Assembly (NCBI RefSeq): GCF_035594765.1
Contig: NC_085841.1
Span: 327,431,402 to 327,495,401, forward strand
DNA length: 64,000 bases
Reading direction: 5' to 3'
Origin: Anolis carolinensis
Lineage: Eukaryota
The notes below the pieces were generated by a model. That model saw nothing but the letters and a program-made list of their open reading frames with translations. It made no database searches and had not been told where the DNA came from. A program made the translations under genes and the position numbers. Of the stretch, positions 49,574-62,197 are shown piece after piece; positions within the stretch are counted from its first letter, which is position 1, and every line of letters starts with the position of its first letter.

Positions 49574-51553
49574 CTGTAAAGATAATCATGAATATATTCA
49601 TTTATAATGTGGAATGCTGAAATCTTGTTTCACACCAAAGAACCGGCTGAGCAATCACTTCTCAGTTTACAGTTCTTTTGAGCCGTTTTCATTATTACTA
49701 TGATTTTATGCTTGGCTTTAAAATACGGTTATCTGATTACCATCAATATTTTGGTAAATCAAAAGAAAAGAAAAAAAGGGCACAGAAAGTATTGTGATGC
49801 CAGTCTGTGTGTAAATGAAAAGCAAACATTCAAATATATAAATCTTCATCCTTGGCTCCATCTCCAAAGAAGTTCCGCTCCTCCCATTAGTTCAGATATT
49901 TGTACCTAACCACATATTACAAAAAGGAATATTGGTCCACACCTTTATCCTTATGAAATAAAATCTCTTCCTTGTTTCATTGTGCTGTTTGAAGGAACAG
50001 TGTGTGAAACTAACAAAAGTGCACATATGGTTAGCAAAGTTTTTATTACTGTAAAAAAAACTATTTGCTACATTTATAATGTCAAAAGAAGTAGCTTCAT
50101 TCAGATGGCATTTTAGCAGGAACTTTGAATATCGTTATTGTAAGATCCTATCTGTGCCTTTCTGCCTCCCAGTTGGTTTCCAAATTAACTTTGTCCTGCT
50201 TGGCATCAGAAATTAGTATTACAGGGAAGGAGAGAAGGCAAATACATTAGATTAGATCACTGGGAAATATTTCACTCTAAATCTATAAAAAGCTATGAGG
50301 ACAAGGTATCTGTGCAGAGTCTGGAAAGACTTTATTGATAATCAGGCATGTTTATCTTTTTGATGAAGGAGTAAAATAATAAGATGTATTTGGTTGTTTT
50401 GTTCATCACTATGTACATTGATGGTGCTATATAAATAAATACTGTAAAGGAGAAGGGGAAGAAGAAATCATTAACTTCCTACTCTAATAATAGTAAAGCC
50501 ATAAGCAAAACATATATCTGTTGATAATTTCTCCATTCTTTTTTCTTATAATTGGGAAATTTCCTAACCACTAGATGGGGCTATGTGCCAACAGTTTGTT
50601 AAATAATGGCCTTGCCCTAAGGAAGGTAGTAAATCATTTATTTGGTAACAAATATTTTCAGCCCCTCACCCCAAGATATGAGGAGGGTTTTTGTGCATGG
50701 AGATTTTTCTGAAATAAATAATCTCCTCTTCTCCCCCTCCCTTCCTCTTTCCCTCCCTCCCTTTCTTTTTTTTTTAGTTTTGGCTTTTTTTTTTTGCAGA
50801 AAACCTTTGTGAAACTGTTTTCGCACAAAAATCCTAACATTATGATGCAAAGAACATCCCAAATTATCAAAAACATCACTTATTAGTAGGCTATTTCTTA
50901 CCTGGATGTCTAGTTAATGATGACAAAATTAGCAAGCAATCTTTTCACTCCTAGCTTTTCTGCTTTCCAGTGAACCATATAGTCTAATTTTCAGAAAACA
51001 TGTTCATTATCATGGTGAAAAATCTTGTCAAAACAGGTTATATTATCTGTGCCAAACATTTCTGAATTGTGTTTCTTCTGTGTATTTTGAGCTAAATGGC
51101 AAATGAACAGGTAGTTGCCGATATGTGTAGGAAATGCCTTGGAGAACACACCCACTGGTCAGCATAAATAGGAGATGTGGTGCATTTTGTCAAGTATATG
51201 CATAGCCTCCAATTACTGTTGAAGTTTGTTAGAAGAACCTATGGACAATATCTTATACATTCCCTGTGCAAACATGAAAAAATGCAGAAGCATGCACATG
51301 ACCAAGTTCTGCAAGCTCTCCAATATCATATTGCCTATTGGTGCATGAAACTGTCAGTTACCAGGGTTCTTGGAGGTCTCTCATTCTTAGAGTTTCCAAA
51401 AGTTGAAGCTGACTTGACAGCCAATAATAACAAGTACACGTTCTTCATATCCCTTCCCTCATCTTCGCACTGTCATAAAAACTGCACAAATTGTCAGTTT
51501 GCCCATGCTTCCTTACATCTTTTGTGATTGTACATATAGACTAAGCATTCCAT

Positions 51554-54155
51554 AATTTATTTATTTACCATATTTATATCCAGCCTTTCTCTAGCTCAAA
51601 GAGGACTCAAGGCAGCTTACAATGGCACTTGTGCAGTGCTTTGGGCATAAAACAAAGACATAAAATAGAATTACTAAAATTAAAACAGACATAAAAACAT
51701 AAATTAAAATACATTCCAACATAAGACATGTCATCCAAGGGCAAGGTCTAAAGCCGTTCCATAATCCATTGGACAATTTCTAGGTACAATTATTGCACTG
51801 TGCTATCTATCAAAGGCCTGCTCCCACAGCCAAGTTTTTACTCTCTTTCTAAAGTCTAGGAGGGAAAGGGCTGATCTAATATCGCTAGGAAGGGAGGTCC
51901 ACAGCCAGGGGATCCACCAATGAGAAGGCCTTGTCTCTCGTCCCCACCAATCACACTTGCGAAGGAGGTGGGACCGAGAGCAGGGCCTCCCCAGATGATC
52001 TTATACTCTGAGATGGTTCATAGGGGGAGATATGTTTGGACAGGTAGACTGGGCTGAAACCATTTAGGGTTTTATAGGCTAAAGCCAGCACTTTGAATTG
52101 TGCTCGGTAGCAGACTAGCAGCCAGTGGAGCTGACGCAGCAGGGGGGATTGTATGCTCCCTGTATGTTGCTCCGGTGAGCAACCTGACTGCCCCTTGTTG
52201 GACCAACTTAAGCTTCCAAACAGTCTTCAAAGGCAACCCCACATAGAGTGCGTTGCAGTAATCTATACAGGATGTAACCAGAGCGTTTACTACCATGGCC
52301 AAGTCAGACTTCCCAAGGTATGGATGCAGTTGGTGCACAAGTTTTAGTTGTGCAAAAGCTCCCCTGGCCACCACTGAAATCTGGGGTTCCAGGCTCAATG
52401 ATGAGTCCAGGATCACTCCCAAGCTGCAAACTTCAGGGGGATTTTAACCCCATCCAACAGGCTGTAACCCTTTGCACTGTTCAGTCTTGTGACTGACCAT
52501 GAGGGCCTCTGCCTTGTCTGTTTCAATTTCAATTTGTTCGCTTTCATCCAGACCGTCACATCTGCCAAGCACCGGTTCAGGACCTGAACAGCCTCCTTAG
52601 TAGTGTGTGGGAAGGAGTGATAGAGCTGGACATCATCTGCATACAGATGACACCAGACTCCAAAACTCTGGATGATCTCTCCCAATGGCTTCATGTAGAT
52701 GTTAAACATGGGAGACAGTATTGAACCGTGCAAGACCCCACAGGACAACAGCTGCGGGGCCAAACAGGTGTTCCCCAACAACACCTTCTGGGAGTGGTCT
52801 TCCAGAAAGGACTGGAGCCACTGTAAAACAATGTCTCCAAGACCCATTCCCACAAGGTGTCCCAGAAGGATACTGTGGTCAACAGTATCGAAGATCGCTG
52901 AGAGGTCCAACAGAACCAACAAGGACACACTCCCCCTATCCAATTCCCGGCGTAGATCATCCACTAAGGCGACCAAGGCTGTTTCGGTACGTTGGATCTA
53001 GATAATCCATGTTTTCCAAGAATTCCTGGAGTTGCGAGGCAACCACACATTCTAAGACCTTGCTCAAGAAGGGGAGATTAGAAATAGGCCTGAAGTTGTG
53101 GTCCAGTGATGGTTTCTTCAACCGCGGTTTTATTACAGCTTGTTTTAAGCTGGCTGAAATCTTGCCTTCGTGAAGGGAGGCATAAACCACCAACTTCACT
53201 CTCTCTGCCAAACCCCCTCTGGCTTGCTTTACCAGCCAGGATGGGCAGGGGTCCAGGATGCATGTGGTTGTTCTTGCCTCTCCAAGTATCTTGTCCACAT
53301 CCTCGAGCTGCACGAATTGAAATGAATCCAACGAAACTCGACAAGCAGGTAGTTTGGTACATCCTCAGAGACTGCCGTTAATGTGTTGTCCAGATTGGAG
53401 CAGATCTGAGCGACTTTGTCCGCAAAGAATCGAGCAAATGCTTTACAGCAGGCTGCCGGGTTGGCAGGGACCCCGTCATGGGAGACGAGGTTTAACAATC
53501 CTCTGACTACTCGAAACAGCTCCACTGGATGGTTCTTTGCGGATGCAATATTGGTCGCAAAAAAATATTTCTTTGTGGCGTCTATTACTGTGGCATATGC
53601 CTTTAGATAGAGACATGGTCGTGTTCAGCGTTTGGTACGCCACATGCGCGCTAGACCCCCTCTTCACTTCATCACTGCCAGCTCCTCGGTGAACCAAGGA
53701 GCTGGTTTAGCTCTGCTACTCGAGCGGGGACGTTCCGGAGCAATTGTGTCTATTGCCCTAGTCATCTCCCCATTCCAGAGAGTGACTACAGCCTCAACAG
53801 GATCACCTACCGAGTTGACGGGAAATTCCCCAAGAGTAATCAGGAATCCATCTGAATCCATTAGCCTACTGGGGCAGATCATTACACTTTGTCTTCCACC
53901 CCTTCAGAGGTTGGGGGGTGCGGTAAGCCTAAACCTGATGAGGTGATTGTCAGTCCATGGCAAAGGGGTAATGGTTAACTCCTCCACACAGCCAGCTTCT
54001 TCCCATCCCTGGAAGAAAACCAAGTCTAGTGTATGCCCAACTCTGTGGGTAGGACCAGATACTCGTTGGGACAGCCCCGTGTTTGCCATGGTGGCCATGA
54101 AGTCCTGAGCTGCTCCTGAAAGGATGGTCTCCACATGGACTTTGAAGTCCCCCAC
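51554..54155 (-). mobile_element. L2 LINE, 2.6-kb fragment (APE endonuclease end, RT, 3' UTR)
   Basis: GDFKVH, GHTLDLVF, WTDNHLI (APE); FRPISNLPFLSKVLE, LLDLSAIFDTVDH, LYADDVQLY (RT); (TAAA)n tail at 51554-51566; frameshifted. Confidence 0.95.
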
Positions 54156-54742
54156 ATTAAGAACCCCTCAATGTGAAGCCGGGCAATTACCATTTTAAAT
54201 TTTGATTTTAAGTTGTTTTCTCATGTATGAACTGTCATACTGTTTTCTTAACATAGCTGTTTTATCCATAGCACCTCTATTACATAAAATAATAGAAAGC
54301 GGCTCCAAAACAATGCAGCAAAAGTTCTGATTATATCTAGGAAGAATATTTTCTTAGCCATAAAATTCAAAAAGCCTTCTGAACTGTATCAAAAAAAAGA
54401 AATAGTTTTGAGACTTTTATCATTTATGTCTGTTGCACAAAATCTGGGTGACCTAGATTTGACTAGCACCATTGTAGTATAATTATGCTCCTGAGCCATA
54501 TCTGATATCCCAGAAGAAAGGTGTAAAGTTTATTTTCAAAGGTTATGGATTTGGTTGATTTATGTCATTGTGCTGTACACAGAACAGGAATCTGCAGGAG
54601 TCTTTGCTGATATTTATGCAAGTATAAATGAACACATTCAGGCTTCAAGGAATAGTGTTAAATACAAGGCAAATAAAGGTAATGTTTTGACATTTGTCAA
54701 AGTGATTGAACAAAACAACTTAGAATTCAGTTGAAATAGTAC

Positions 54743-54920
54743 CTTTTTCCTTGTTCGGGTTGCCTTTGATGGATGAAATAAATTTGAGCTCCTTTTTGGA
54801 TGTTATTGGCTTGCAGAGATTAGCCATATGGATTTTCTTTAGGATTTGAAGTCTTGTGGTATTGCTCAACTCTTCAAATAAGTAATGAGTGGGGAGTTGA
54901 GAAAAGTGCTGCCACATGAA
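54743..54920 (-). pseudogene. Exon remnant FMWQHFSQLPTHYLFEELSNTTRLQILKKIHMANLCKPITSKKELKFISSIKGNPNKEK
   Basis: Acceptor cttctatgccacag|, donor AAAG|GTACTA, phase 0 to 1, 59 open codons. Confidence 0.7.
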
Positions 54921-56316
54921 CTGTGGCATAGAAGTGACAAAAGACAGTGACAATGGAAGAAAGACAAATTATACTAGGGAATTGCAAGGGGTTCAAAAAT
55001 ACTCCCACTACTTCTATTTCTCCAATTTTTACACCCAACTATTGTTTATATCTTACCTTTTTGCCCAGAAAAATATGATAACTTAATAACTCAGTGCAAA
55101 TTATTTGCCTAATGGTTCTATCAGATTATAGCCCTTTGTTTCGGTTTTTGAAAGTCTAAAAGTTTGAATGCTTATTGAATCTTCCAGATCTGAAATTACT
55201 ATTTTCAGCAGTGATTTTCCATGAATGGAGCAAATCAGGACCACTTTTCTTCAAAGCATTCTGCCCTAAAGGAAACTCTCTAAAATTGCCTCAGGGTTAT
55301 TGCTAGTTCAAAACTCTAGCATGAATTAATACGTGGAAAAAACTTATTCTGGAAAGAACAAAACATCAAATCTGTTTATTTCAGGCAAAATTTTACTGTA
55401 TTCAGCATTCAGTATTCAGTACACACTCTTATTTGTACTGAACACATTCTGAAGCCAATGTGGAATAACAGTTTGAGTGTTGCACAAGGATTCTGGAGTT
55501 AACGTGAAGGAACATAACACGAACAAATAAAGCCTTTAACAGGCTGTTGTGAGTTTTCTGGGCTATAACTTTGACTCCATAAAATCACACATTCAGATGC
55601 TCCCTCTGAAAAATCTGGCCAAGAAAACTCTGTGATAGAGCCACTTTAGGGTCACCATAAGATGAAAACTACTTGAAGGTACCACAGTAATCAACAACAG
55701 CACAATAGTTTTCTGCTTCATAGCTAGGCAGGAGATAATCAATATAGTCTCTCAAACTGAGTTTGAGAGATTTACTTCCTGTGAATTGTAGCAGTTATGT
55801 GTTTTGGTTTCTCCTTTAGTGTAGAGGTTTTAAAAATTCACTAGGAATTCCATTCCAATACTTGTTCTCTTGATAGTGACGGCCTACCATGCAAATCTAA
55901 GGAGTAATTTGTAATGAAAGAGACACCCTAAATGACAGTAGTAAGGAATCTTTTGCACCTTTGCTCCCAAAAGCACCGCCTTCCAGACCTGACTATATCA
56001 GATTTAATAAACCAGTAAAGCTTATGGTATGGTCCAGAGATGGAAATAATTCCCCTTTGGACTGCAGTTTCCAGAAATCCCCAGACAGCATGGCCATTGG
56101 AGATTATGGTTTCATTTTATTGGTTGGCTGGGTTAAACAATTTAAAGATCAGTTGAATGCCTCTAATAATGAACCAGCAGATTTTTAAAAAGCTTGTGTA
56201 ATGTAATTTGTACTTGCCATCATGAGTTTTTATATCTGATAAAATAAATTTACTAGATGACTCTATGTTAAGCAGATCTTTTTTTAAGGAATGATTCCAT
56301 CCTATCCCACACCTAT

Positions 56317-57227
56317 TGTGATGTCTCATGGGCCTTGTAGTCCCATTCCTAGTACTATTGTGGCAGATGAAGAGGAAAACATGGGATTTACACCGTTTCA
56401 GCCAGAAACGGAGCCCCTGCACCTGCAGGATGTTTGCCCTCAAGAAGTTAGCCAAACAAGCCTTGGGCAGAATTCTCCCCCGTTTTCTCGAAAGGACAAT
56501 TATAATAAAGATAGAGGCGCTAGGGAGGCGAATCGCCGAAGCGCCAGAATCGCAGCCAAACAGTTAGCTGATTAGGTCTGCTTCCCTTGGGAAATTCTAA
56601 GGAGTCATGCATCTGGACAGAGATGAGTTTCACTTCTAGTTCTCCAGGGAAAGTGTTCTTCTGGCGGGAAACGAGACCCTATTTAGGTGTTTTGCCGAGA
56701 AGGAAACCTTGCGGAGTCAATTCGTCAGCTTGAGGAGTGAGATCGTGTGTAGACTTCGTACTCCAGTTCCCTGTTTCCCGGATCAAGTTTCCAGCCTTGC
56801 CTTGTCCCACAGACTTCTATGGACTCAGTTCTTGTTTCATGTTTGCCTTGTTTCAAGTTTGATCTTGCCAAGTTTCAAGTCTTGCCTTGCCTTGCGTTTT
56901 AACCCACGGACCTTGCTTCCTAGATTCAAGCCTTGTTTTCCAGTTTCCTTCGGATTTACCTTAAGCCTCGAAAGACTATGGACAGTTCCCCACACTATTG
57001 CTTGCCAAATAGTGTGCGTTTCGGTCAAGTGGATTATAACTTTGGACTCTAATATCACATATTGGACATTGTTTTCCTGGACTATATTTGACCTTTCCTG
57101 AAAGGTCTACTTCTGAACTATATTCTACACTTTTTTTATTGACTTTATATATTTCCTTAATAAAGATATTAGATAGATTCTGGTCTCTGCGCATGGTTAT
57201 TGGTGTTCTGCAGCCTGGGTCCTGACA
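56317..57227 (+). mobile_element. Solo LTR (911 bp) of an LTR retrotransposon
   Basis: TG...CA termini (TGTGA..TGACA), 5-bp TSD CCTAT at 56312-56316 and 57228-57232, AATAAA at about 57159, CpG-rich. Confidence 0.88.
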
Positions 57228-57299
57228 CCTATAATAACTGAGAGAGGATACTGATTCCGTAATTTTTATCCTAAAACCACCATCATGTTAGACCCATAC

Positions 57300-57434
57300 T
57301 TGCAGAGCTTTCCACGAACAGCATAGGACCTCAGGGTTCTCCACTGTCATTTCCAGACTAGCGCTCTATAAGTCTAGGGCTGCTTCCGTTACCACGTAAT
57401 CTTTTTGAATGTCCATAAAGGAGTGAGGATTGCT
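57300..57434 (-). pseudogene. Exon remnant SNPHSFMDIQKDYVVTEAALDL*SASLEMTVENPEVLCCSWKALQ
   Basis: Donor CAA|GTATGG, phase 0; TAG at 57368-57366; acceptor ambiguous (57434, 57442 or 57452). Confidence 0.55.
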
Positions 57435-57822
57435 CTGCCTGGCTACATAATTCTATACTCATTAACATAGAACCACACAGCTGGAAGAGCACAAAGCTGC
57501 ATACATGGCTTTGTATATTTCCACTTCATTCTCACAACTACCTTGTGAGAGAATAGGACAAAGACAGCACAACTGCTATGGAAGTCATTCAGTGAGTTTC
57601 GTGACACCAGTGAGTTTCAAATGCAACCTGAATTTTCCCTGGTTCAGCACTCTAACCACTAAACCACAATGGCTTTCTGATTTTAGTCAGGCCAGGTTTT
57701 ATATGTAGGAAAGTATTTTCTGAACTTTACAGACATTGGCCCATTTTAAACAAAAAAATGAGGCCTATGTGTACATATACACACAGAGGAGTTAACCAAA
57801 GAAATGGTTAAAATTAAAATAC

Positions 57823-58020
57823 AATTGAATAGTTTATGGACAGCTGGAGTAATTCTATACTTGATGGCAAAGTTATGAAGCTCTTGGTAACTTGACAAGA
57901 CAAGCTACAAGCTTGAATGAAATCGTTCAGCTTAAAAAGCCCGAATGAAGCTGATGACAGATATGTTACTGAACATGACAGGGTGTCATCTGTTTTAAAC
58001 AGGATCTTTACTAGGATGTA
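57823..58020 (-). pseudogene. Exon remnant YILVKILFKTDDTLSCSVTYLSSASFGLFKLNDFIQACSLSCQVTKSFITLPSSIELLQLSINYSI
   Basis: Acceptor ttgctttcag|, 66 open codons, weak donor GTATTT. Confidence 0.6.
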
Positions 58021-58520
58021 CTGAAAGCAATTTTTCCACTGGTTTGAGCCCATGACAGCTTTTGCCAGTCAATTTTTACAAGAGCTTATCCAGACAATAG
58101 GCTTGCTCCAACTGTTACCATTTTAATATGATAAATACAGGCATTATAATTGCTTTTTAATATTAATAATTATAGACCTGGGCTGGATGGAATATAAACA
58201 GTGGTCTTAAAGAAACAAAAACAGTGAAGTCCCAAGCTTTTATTACTAGTAATCCTTTACTTGTCTAATTAGTTAGCAAACCTGGATAATTCAGAGAGGT
58301 TTACCTTGACTTGAAGTGTGGTGAAGTCTCCTTCTCTGGATGATTTAAAACAGAGACTGGATGGCCATTTTTTAGGAGTGCTTTGATTGTGTTTTCTTAC
58401 ATGGTAGAAGGTTGATATTATGAACACTAAATATAACCCTTCAGTCATCTATTAATATATTAAAAGCTGTGTGTGGGGTGGGAGATAACTCATCAGTCCT
58501 ATTCTGCTAGTGGTCTACAT

Positions 58521-58654
58521 CAGTGGTTCTCAACCTGTGGCTCCCCAGGTGTTTGGCCTACAACTCCCAGAAATCCCAGCCAGTTTACCAGCTCTTAGGA
58601 TTTCTGGGAATTGAAGGCCAAAACATCTGGGGACCCACAGGTTAAGAACCTCTG
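58521..58654. mobile_element. Small hAT(Charlie) MITE with 8-bp TSD
   Basis: CAGTGGTTCTCAACC...GGTTAAGAACCTCTG; TSD GTCTACAT at 58513-58520 and 58655-58662; sister copies at 39462, 47347 and 60998. Confidence 0.9.
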
Positions 58655-59180
58655 GTCTACATAAAGTGCAGATGAACCATCAGCTTGGCCTCTCTCTAAG
58701 TGTAATGCCAGATAGCACCTGAAAGTAAACATCAAAAAATACAAAGAATAACACCTTGTGAAGTGATTGAGCCCTGTGAACATTGGACTTAGCCTGCTTT
58801 TTAATTGCTGTAGTCCTCAATCCAACACAGCTGTTTCCTGGCCAGTTGTTCAGATAGAAGCATCCCATTATGATTCTAATGTTCAGTGGTGATCTTGCAC
58901 CCCCCATAACCAGCCTACATACTTTCTGTTGATTTCTGTAGTCCTCAAAATGTTGATAGGAACTAGCATTGTGTCATTTCTTGTCTCCATTTTGAGGAGC
59001 TGCCTAGGGAAACAGAAGATTTGGGGACAGTGCAGGGTTCTGGGGGTTTGTGGAATGGGAAAATGTTTACATTTTCCATGTGTCTATGGAGATTGTGTGG
59101 TGTTGGGACAAAAGTTGTATAAAACAGTCATGCCTATTTAAAAAAAAATAAGAGTGGGACTTTTTAGGGCTGAACTTTAC

Positions 59181-59433
59181 CAGCCCATGCTATAGCTGGA
59201 CACACAGCAATTATGCCACCATCCATCCAGCAGCAGGGATGCGGGAGAGAGAAGAGATGTGGCATAGTGCTCCTTAGCTGGACTTTATGCTTTATGTCGC
59301 AACTCCAGGATATTGACTGTACTCTGGTAGTCAATGAGAGATAGGGTGAATGGATAAAATTAATGACAATGAATGGGACTGAGTTCAGGCTGGGTCTGTA
59401 TTGAAGCCCATCTCCTCCTCCTCCCATGAAAGC
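59181..59433 (-). pseudogene. Additional exon remnant AFMGGGGDGLQYRPSLNSVPFIVINFIHSPYLSLTT...
   Basis: Acceptor ttttcaaag|GCT, phase 0, continuing the 60156 exon; 84 open codons; donor G|GTAAAG. Confidence 0.5.
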
Positions 59434-60155
59434 CTTTGAAAATACAATTTTACATATATATGTATGTGTGTGTGTGTGTGTGTGTGTATACTCTTAACGT
59501 AGGATCAAAATCATTTTACAACAAAACAAAGCACAATATGACTCCCATATCTATGGTGTGCTTCTACCCCAAGTATTGTCAAAATATTGGGCTTGCTATT
59601 TTCCATGGTTTCAGCTACCTTGGAAACCTGAAACCTTAGATAACCCTATTGAAACAAGCAATTTCAGGTGGAAACATACCATACAATTGAGCTGGAGGTC
59701 CTATAAAATGCATACAGAGAACACCTCTGTAGCTTTTCCGGGTCCTCTAGCATTACTCTATGTTCGGTTTTTGGTGGAAGCATACAATAGACTCACCCTG
59801 GAAAGAAAAGAGAGAACATATTTTTTGGACCTGGATACGTGGAACCACAAGAACGGGTCCTGTGGGAATTGGGGTCATATTATACAAAAGAAAGAAGACA
59901 AATACATTAATAATTCTAATCAGAAAGTGGTTGCCCCAATAACTAAAAGCCAAACATTTATTTATTTATTAGTTTATTAGTTTAGGAGTTTTAGGCTATG
60001 CAGTTATTCAATTAAACTTCCAAGTACTATATAGTAAGAATGATAAAATGTACATTTAAAATATCGAGCTACCTAAAACAAAATTGGGCAACAGCTAAAT
60101 GTTGGACAAAAAGTTCAACATAAAGCTACAGCATGATGCCAATATTATAGCTCAC

Positions 60156-60339
60156 AAAATCTGATTTGATATAGCCAAAAATCAGAAAAGCGCACAGTCC
60201 ATGGATCGTTGACATGCTACACAATAAATCTTCCCTTAATCTTTCTTTACATTGCAGCAAAGCCTCCCCGGCCCCCATTCCATTATGCTGTATATTTTGG
60301 GTTGTAAATGGGAAATGTGTTTCTTTAACAAGCACATTC
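60156..60339 (-). pseudogene. Exon remnant (R)NVLVKETHFPFTTQNIQHNGMGAGEALLQCKERLREDLLCSMSTIHGLCAFLIFGYIKSDF
   Basis: Acceptor ttctatttaag|G, donor TTT|GTGAGC, phase 2 to 0, 61 open codons. Confidence 0.7.
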
Positions 60340-61186
60340 CTTAAATAGAAATTCTGGGAGAGTCCCCTGTGCGTGGCTAAAAACCAACTGTATAAGGTTG
60401 AAGCCTTAGGTAGAGTTAAAGCCTGAGTATATAAAAAATGATTGTTAAAATGTGAAGGTAATGAAAAGTCAGAAAATAAATTATAGGTGTTATTAATTTT
60501 GAATTGTATTCAAACACAGACATTTGTAACATAGACAGAAGCTGATTACTGAGAGATAAAATTCAATTTTATTCAGGGGTAATTGTTTTATGTATTCTAC
60601 ATTTATTTATAAGATTAGGTAAAGGCTTGCAATTCTCAATATAAATCACAGTATGGTCCCAATGGATGCCAAGGTCAGAGCAGAAAAAGCCCTCACTTAG
60701 AAAGCATATTACTTTAGCGAGAAATATAAAGTGAGTAAAATGAGATTAGAAATCTTTTGTCCTCCTCATGAGGCACATTCACATTATATCACAATTTCTA
60801 CAATGAGGCAGTTTGAGTGTTGGTAAAGCAATAGATTGTATCCTACATATGGTATGCTGCAGGGCCATTCATATCAACAAGAGAAGACAGAAAGTGAATC
60901 ATTTTTCTTGGTCTCTGTAACACTTTCTGAAGTGGACAGATGTACATCAGCAGACAGAACTATGTAACTACATTTTGTATTGATGGAAGTTCTAAATCAG
61001 TGGTTCTCAACCTGGGGTCCTCAGATGTTTTTGGCCTTCAGCTCCCAGAAATACTAACAGCTGGTGAACTGGCTGGGATTTCAGGGAGTTGTAAGCCAAA
61101 AAATAGTGAAAGGCGAGAGTTTAGTCCATCCCAGGAGAACTAAAAGAACCACTGACCCCCGTCTACTCTCTCTGCTATGGTTCCAC

Positions 61187-61395
61187 CTCTGGCCTTTTTG
61201 AATGCATGGGCAGGTGATGGCCAAGGATGCCTGGACCACTGAGGTGGCATTGATGCTTTCCTTTTTCCACAAAATGATATCCAACTTATCTGTGGGTCAT
61301 ATAAAAATCCATAATTTTGACCCCCAAACCTGCCTCATATATAGCACCTTTATGGTCTTCTCACTATCAAGTGAAACTTTTTTCCCATAGGATCC
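61187..61395 (-). pseudogene. Exon remnant GSYGKKVSLDSEKTIKVLYMRQVWGSKLWIFI*PTDKLDIILWKKESINATSVVQASLAITCPCIQKGQ
   Basis: Acceptor caatttcag|; a single TGA at 61299-61297 splits two same-frame ORFs of the supplied track; phase-2 donor at 61187 (GTGGAA) or 61157 (GTCAGT). Confidence 0.65.
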
Positions 61396-61549
61396 CTGAA
61401 ATTGAGCATTACATAAGTAGTTATGGTTTTGATCCATTGGATCAAAGCTGTCTTGTTCCTTCATTCGGGTCCCTTCTTCACCCTTCATTCTACTATAACA
61501 TTATTCTGTAAAGGTCAGAATGTATGTCAAGGCAAAGGCAAGACAATAC

Positions 61550-61750
61550 CCCTGTGGTCATAGTAACAAGATGTCCTGTAGGGAGTTGTTTTCTCTTTCC
61601 AGGTAATATGGTCAAAATTAGAAATAATTGTGGGGTGTAATTGTTACTCCATGCTGCACTGAAGGTGACTGCTGTGTAAAGACACCAGGCAGCACTAATT
61701 AAAATGCAGTTTTCCCCTTCAAATGTAATTTGATCCATTCCTTTGCCATC
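61550..61750 (-). pseudogene. Exon remnant DGKGMDQITFEGENCILISAAWCLYTAVTFSAAWSNNYTPQLFLILTILPGKRKQLPTGHLVTMTTG
   Basis: Acceptor tcttaccag|, donor GGG|GTATTG, 67 open codons, phase 0-0. Confidence 0.6.
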
Positions 61751-62069
61751 CTGGTAAGACTAATATTTGTCTCTAGCCTGTTTTTTAGGGATTTGAAGTT
61801 ATATTATAGCCTCTGAAGGTTACAAAATAATGGAAGAATTATGATTCTGTTCTCTTCACGCCCATTTATCTCTTTCACATTCCAAAAAAGCTTTTGCATT
61901 CAATGGCAAATACTCTTCTTTCTCATGTGTAACCTTATACAGAGTTGCAAAAGGAGTTTGGCCGCTGCAGTAGTCATGTTACAGAACTGTCTCTGAAAAG
62001 TCATTTCAATTAATACTTCTACTCTAAGAAAGCCATCAAAATGCTGTCTGCTCCCTGACCTTTACTTGC

Positions 62070-62197
62070 CATGTCATCCTTGGAAATAGTATATCTTAGC
62101 TGTTCTGGGCTTGTCTGCATGCTTTTAAAAACCTATTTGTACACCTTTTGAAATGACGTTTGTGCTGCTGCTTCTGATATAAAAGGAAGATTTCCTC
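62070..62197 (-). pseudogene. Exon remnant (G)GNLPFISEAAAQTSFQKVYK*VFKSMQTSPEQLRYTISKDDM
   Basis: Pyrimidine-rich acceptor ..ctattaacctcag|, donor ATG|GCAAGT, TAG at 62135-62133. Confidence 0.55.

Noticed and set aside
51177-51527. 116-aa plus-strand ORF as a MIPOL1 coding exon
   Set aside because: No resemblance to the coiled-coil MIPOL1 sequence as I recall it, and no clear splice borders
59558-59980. 140-aa plus-strand ORF
   Set aside because: Text resembles old DNA-transposon remnants seen elsewhere in the window (for example about 4990-5110); no recognisable protein
61297-61299. In-frame TGA codons in the dead gene as selenocysteine or readthrough
   Set aside because: TAG and TAA stops also occur in the same reading frame, so decay is the simpler explanation
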